The notes beneath the pieces are model-generated. The model ran no database searches, was not told the DNA's origin, and worked only from the letters and a program-made list of their open reading frames with translations. A stretch of 33,456 nt of DNA from Clostridia bacterium. GTDB taxonomy: Bacteria > Bacillota > Clostridia > Oscillospirales > CAG-382. This document shows positions 32,901 to 33,456 of the stretch, one piece after another. How positions within the stretch are numbered: position 1 is the stretch's first letter; every line of letters begins with the position of its first letter. A program made the translations under genes and the position numbers. The stretch spans positions 1 through 33,456 of the forward strand of contig CAAEPN010000005.1 in NCBI GenBank assembly GCA_900757905.1. The letters are read 5' to 3'.

Positions 32901-33379
32901 TTGCAAAGCTGTTCGACATTGCCGGTGTAACCGCCGGAAACCGCTTTGCCGACGTTTCGGAAAATCACAAGAGCACAGTCGAGCTGTTTGCGGCAGCCGG
33001 TATCATCAACGGCTACGAGGACGGCACCTTCGGCGGTGCGCGTGAGATCACCCGTGCTGAACTTGTTAAGATCATTTCCCTGCTTTTAGGGCTTGATAAG
33101 ACCGAGGTCGAGGGTGAAAGCGCTGTCGCGCTGTCGGATATTTCCGGACATTGGGCAGAAAGCAACATCCGCAAATTTGTGGCAAAGGGCTACATCCTCG
33201 GCTATCCGGAAGGCGATTTCCGTCCGGACAAAGCCGTTTCGCGCGCCGAAGCCGTTACCATCATCAACCGTGTGACCGGACTTGTCAAGGTGAGTGGACT
33301 TCCCGAACGCTTCCGCGACCTTGCGCCGGATTTCTGGGGCTATGATGAGATCATGAACGCCGTCGAGCCGCAGGCGTAA
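29933..33379 (+). CDS. Large SLH-anchored cell-surface protein (Big_2 Ig-like domains, cohesin-like and InlB-B-repeat-like modules, Fn3-associated/CHB_HEX_C-like domain, C-terminal SLH triplet)
   Basis: Track ORF trimmed to the ATG at 29933, 8 nt after GGAGG. Signal peptide MRIKKGFRLAALLLILVSVFAVLCA. Big_2-like LGETKSIAVTATPV..TSENTEIATVDSSGTVTPLAIGTTRITA and VAGETITPVFRVYPED..VRVDAETGKLLALAEGTAVITL. Gly-rich linker. Fn3-associated-like IYYTLDGTPPT. SLH repeats FADVSENHKSTVELFAAAGIINGYEDGTF..ITRAEL and LSDISGHWAESNIRKFVAKGYILGYPEGDFRPDKAVSRAEA. Confidence 0.85.
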   Translation: MRIKKGFRLAALLLILVSVFAVLCAADGTYEELYPASDTGAYNYTYAEASPGASYLVYMLAGTYTDGETPSLSAADSNVLYYNHVRADENGNLNLSFVPMRYMDATVFLSSVSFQTPKILFYAKAGEALDVADFTITLDAEEYVLSGGSVTTYVRYYVKAVDSFGFASKLPSFASREIADYDGDKISFLSGNAIALSPSLEQGVYTLAITCGDITRTANIVVKHAAAIPSDLQVTVDGDSLYTSYYIYAKTDLNETVFVPEYLLIEAQTLDQYGEPMEDRYTCTYVPVIGDVEGKPQQLIGTDAVQKFYPLEIPDIGQELNYRFTVTSSYNDPSSSDNSPFSYSFDITVVGESAFEGMAQKLFENYLKAKVYIDRLNREDIVIATSSAEVPQSKMWSKKAPADRLRTAYEQAQALLELHRTTPQADSTLSSQDSALTSALSAFERGLLNGSYAIIEKLAFADAAYSIPLGETKSIAVTATPVRPSEKILYTSENTEIATVDSSGTVTPLAIGTTRITASNTDGSISAYYDLTVYQPITSVSFAEKEITLVAGETITPVFRVYPEDHGDTYSFSSANTKIVRVDAETGKLLALAEGTAVITLKASGKPQATLTVNVVMPTFAGSTKTRTKRSSEFTLSYTVNNAYHFGKMTLTAVYDADVFTLKSTESTELSENFTGTDTETAGNAVSTWTFDTPYESAGAEIVTYTFTTAENASYANHNIRFVFQAQTPDGADILVNDFEKTAVVTVGETSTYHVSVIASGYGTVEGGGDYEYGEQATLTATPERNYTLSGWYVSNKLVYSELKYTLTVTDDITVTAKFVKKTPSGGGSTGGGGGTGGGGSTGGSGAGSVTKLEQVKPVTCDTPSGLITPGTKVTLSCATVGAVIYYTLDGTPPTGASIRYTEPIEITQNGTQIRAVAIKNGMTNSEIIAFNFRFPDEEPTDPGKEPDEPAGNAVVTLKENAAQIKYLAAPSSYIRPNDPASRYEVVDMLAKLFDIAGVTAGNRFADVSENHKSTVELFAAAGIINGYEDGTFGGAREITRAELVKIISLLLGLDKTEVEGESAVALSDISGHWAESNIRKFVAKGYILGYPEGDFRPDKAVSRAEAVTIINRVTGLVKVSGLPERFRDLAPDFWGYDEIMNAVEPQA

Positions 33380-33410
33380 AACAGCGTGAATCCATTAACC
33401 GATAAAAAAG

Positions 33411-33449
33411 GCCGTGCCGCGGAATTCGTTTGGAATCCGTGGCACGGCT
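33411..33449. terminator. Stem-loop after the surface protein gene (possible bidirectional terminator)
   Basis: GCCGTGCC.CGGA pairs with TCCG.GGCACGGC. An A-run lies upstream and only TGTAAAAA downstream, so the U-tract is better on the minus strand. The window ends here. Confidence 0.4.
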
Positions 33450-33456
33450 GTAAAAA

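Noticed and set aside
33411-33449. Possible third, partial copy of the 191-bp element (shares AATCCGTGGC with the element's internal hairpin)
   Set aside because: Only a 10-nt match, with flanking sequence unrelated. Chance similarity between GC-rich hairpins is likely, and the window ends here so it cannot be extended.
1-33456. CRISPR arrays, tRNA/rRNA genes, integrase/transposase genes and prophage structural genes
   Set aside because: None found. No regularly spaced direct repeats, no cloverleaf-like or rRNA-like segments in the intergenic regions, and no ORF with recombinase or transposase motifs that I recognise.

Overview
About 50% GC window that looks like a spore-forming Clostridia-type Firmicute, judged from an alpha/beta SASP, TepA, SLH-anchored surface proteins and HisZ plus short HisG.

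Layout, left to right:
1. 1-201: a truncated secreted-protein gene.
2. 496-4057: a DeoR-linked operon (GDPD-like phosphodiesterase, PfkB kinase, Zn polyol dehydrogenase).
3. 4066-10353: a LacI-linked operon (HpcH/HpaI aldolase, IlvD/Edd dehydratase, D-2-hydroxyacid dehydrogenase, and a cytoplasmic BNR/sialidase-fold protein).
4. 10436-11966: a roughly 1.5 kb low-GC two-gene island of unknown function. It encodes a small 3-TM protein and a 340-aa protein with an internal tandem domain duplication, and has its own consensus promoter and terminator.
5. 12015-20477: a complete histidine operon, yerC-hisZGDCBHAF(IE)-hisJ/K, with a consensus promoter and an operator-like palindrome.
6. 20850-21047: an alpha/beta SASP gene.
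7. 21371-24968: an SLH-anchored transglutaminase-like surface protein downstream of radC.
8. 25167-27321: mntP, an AbrB/RelE-type toxin-antitoxin pair, and tepA with a sporulation-type promoter.
9. 27609-29573: maa and a secreted CAP/SCP protein.
10. 29933-33379: a 1148-aa SLH-anchored adhesin-like protein.

The most unusual signal is non-coding. A 191-bp structured element occurs twice in opposite orientation (21137-21327 and 27363-27553; 14 differences by manual alignment). Each copy sits in a bidirectional terminator between convergent genes, and each is flanked by a direct duplication of the whole 30-32 bp terminator hairpin. That duplication is far longer than ordinary transposon target duplications.

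No rRNA, tRNA or CRISPR array was seen. All calls come from reading the sequence and from family motifs recalled from memory; no database search was possible.
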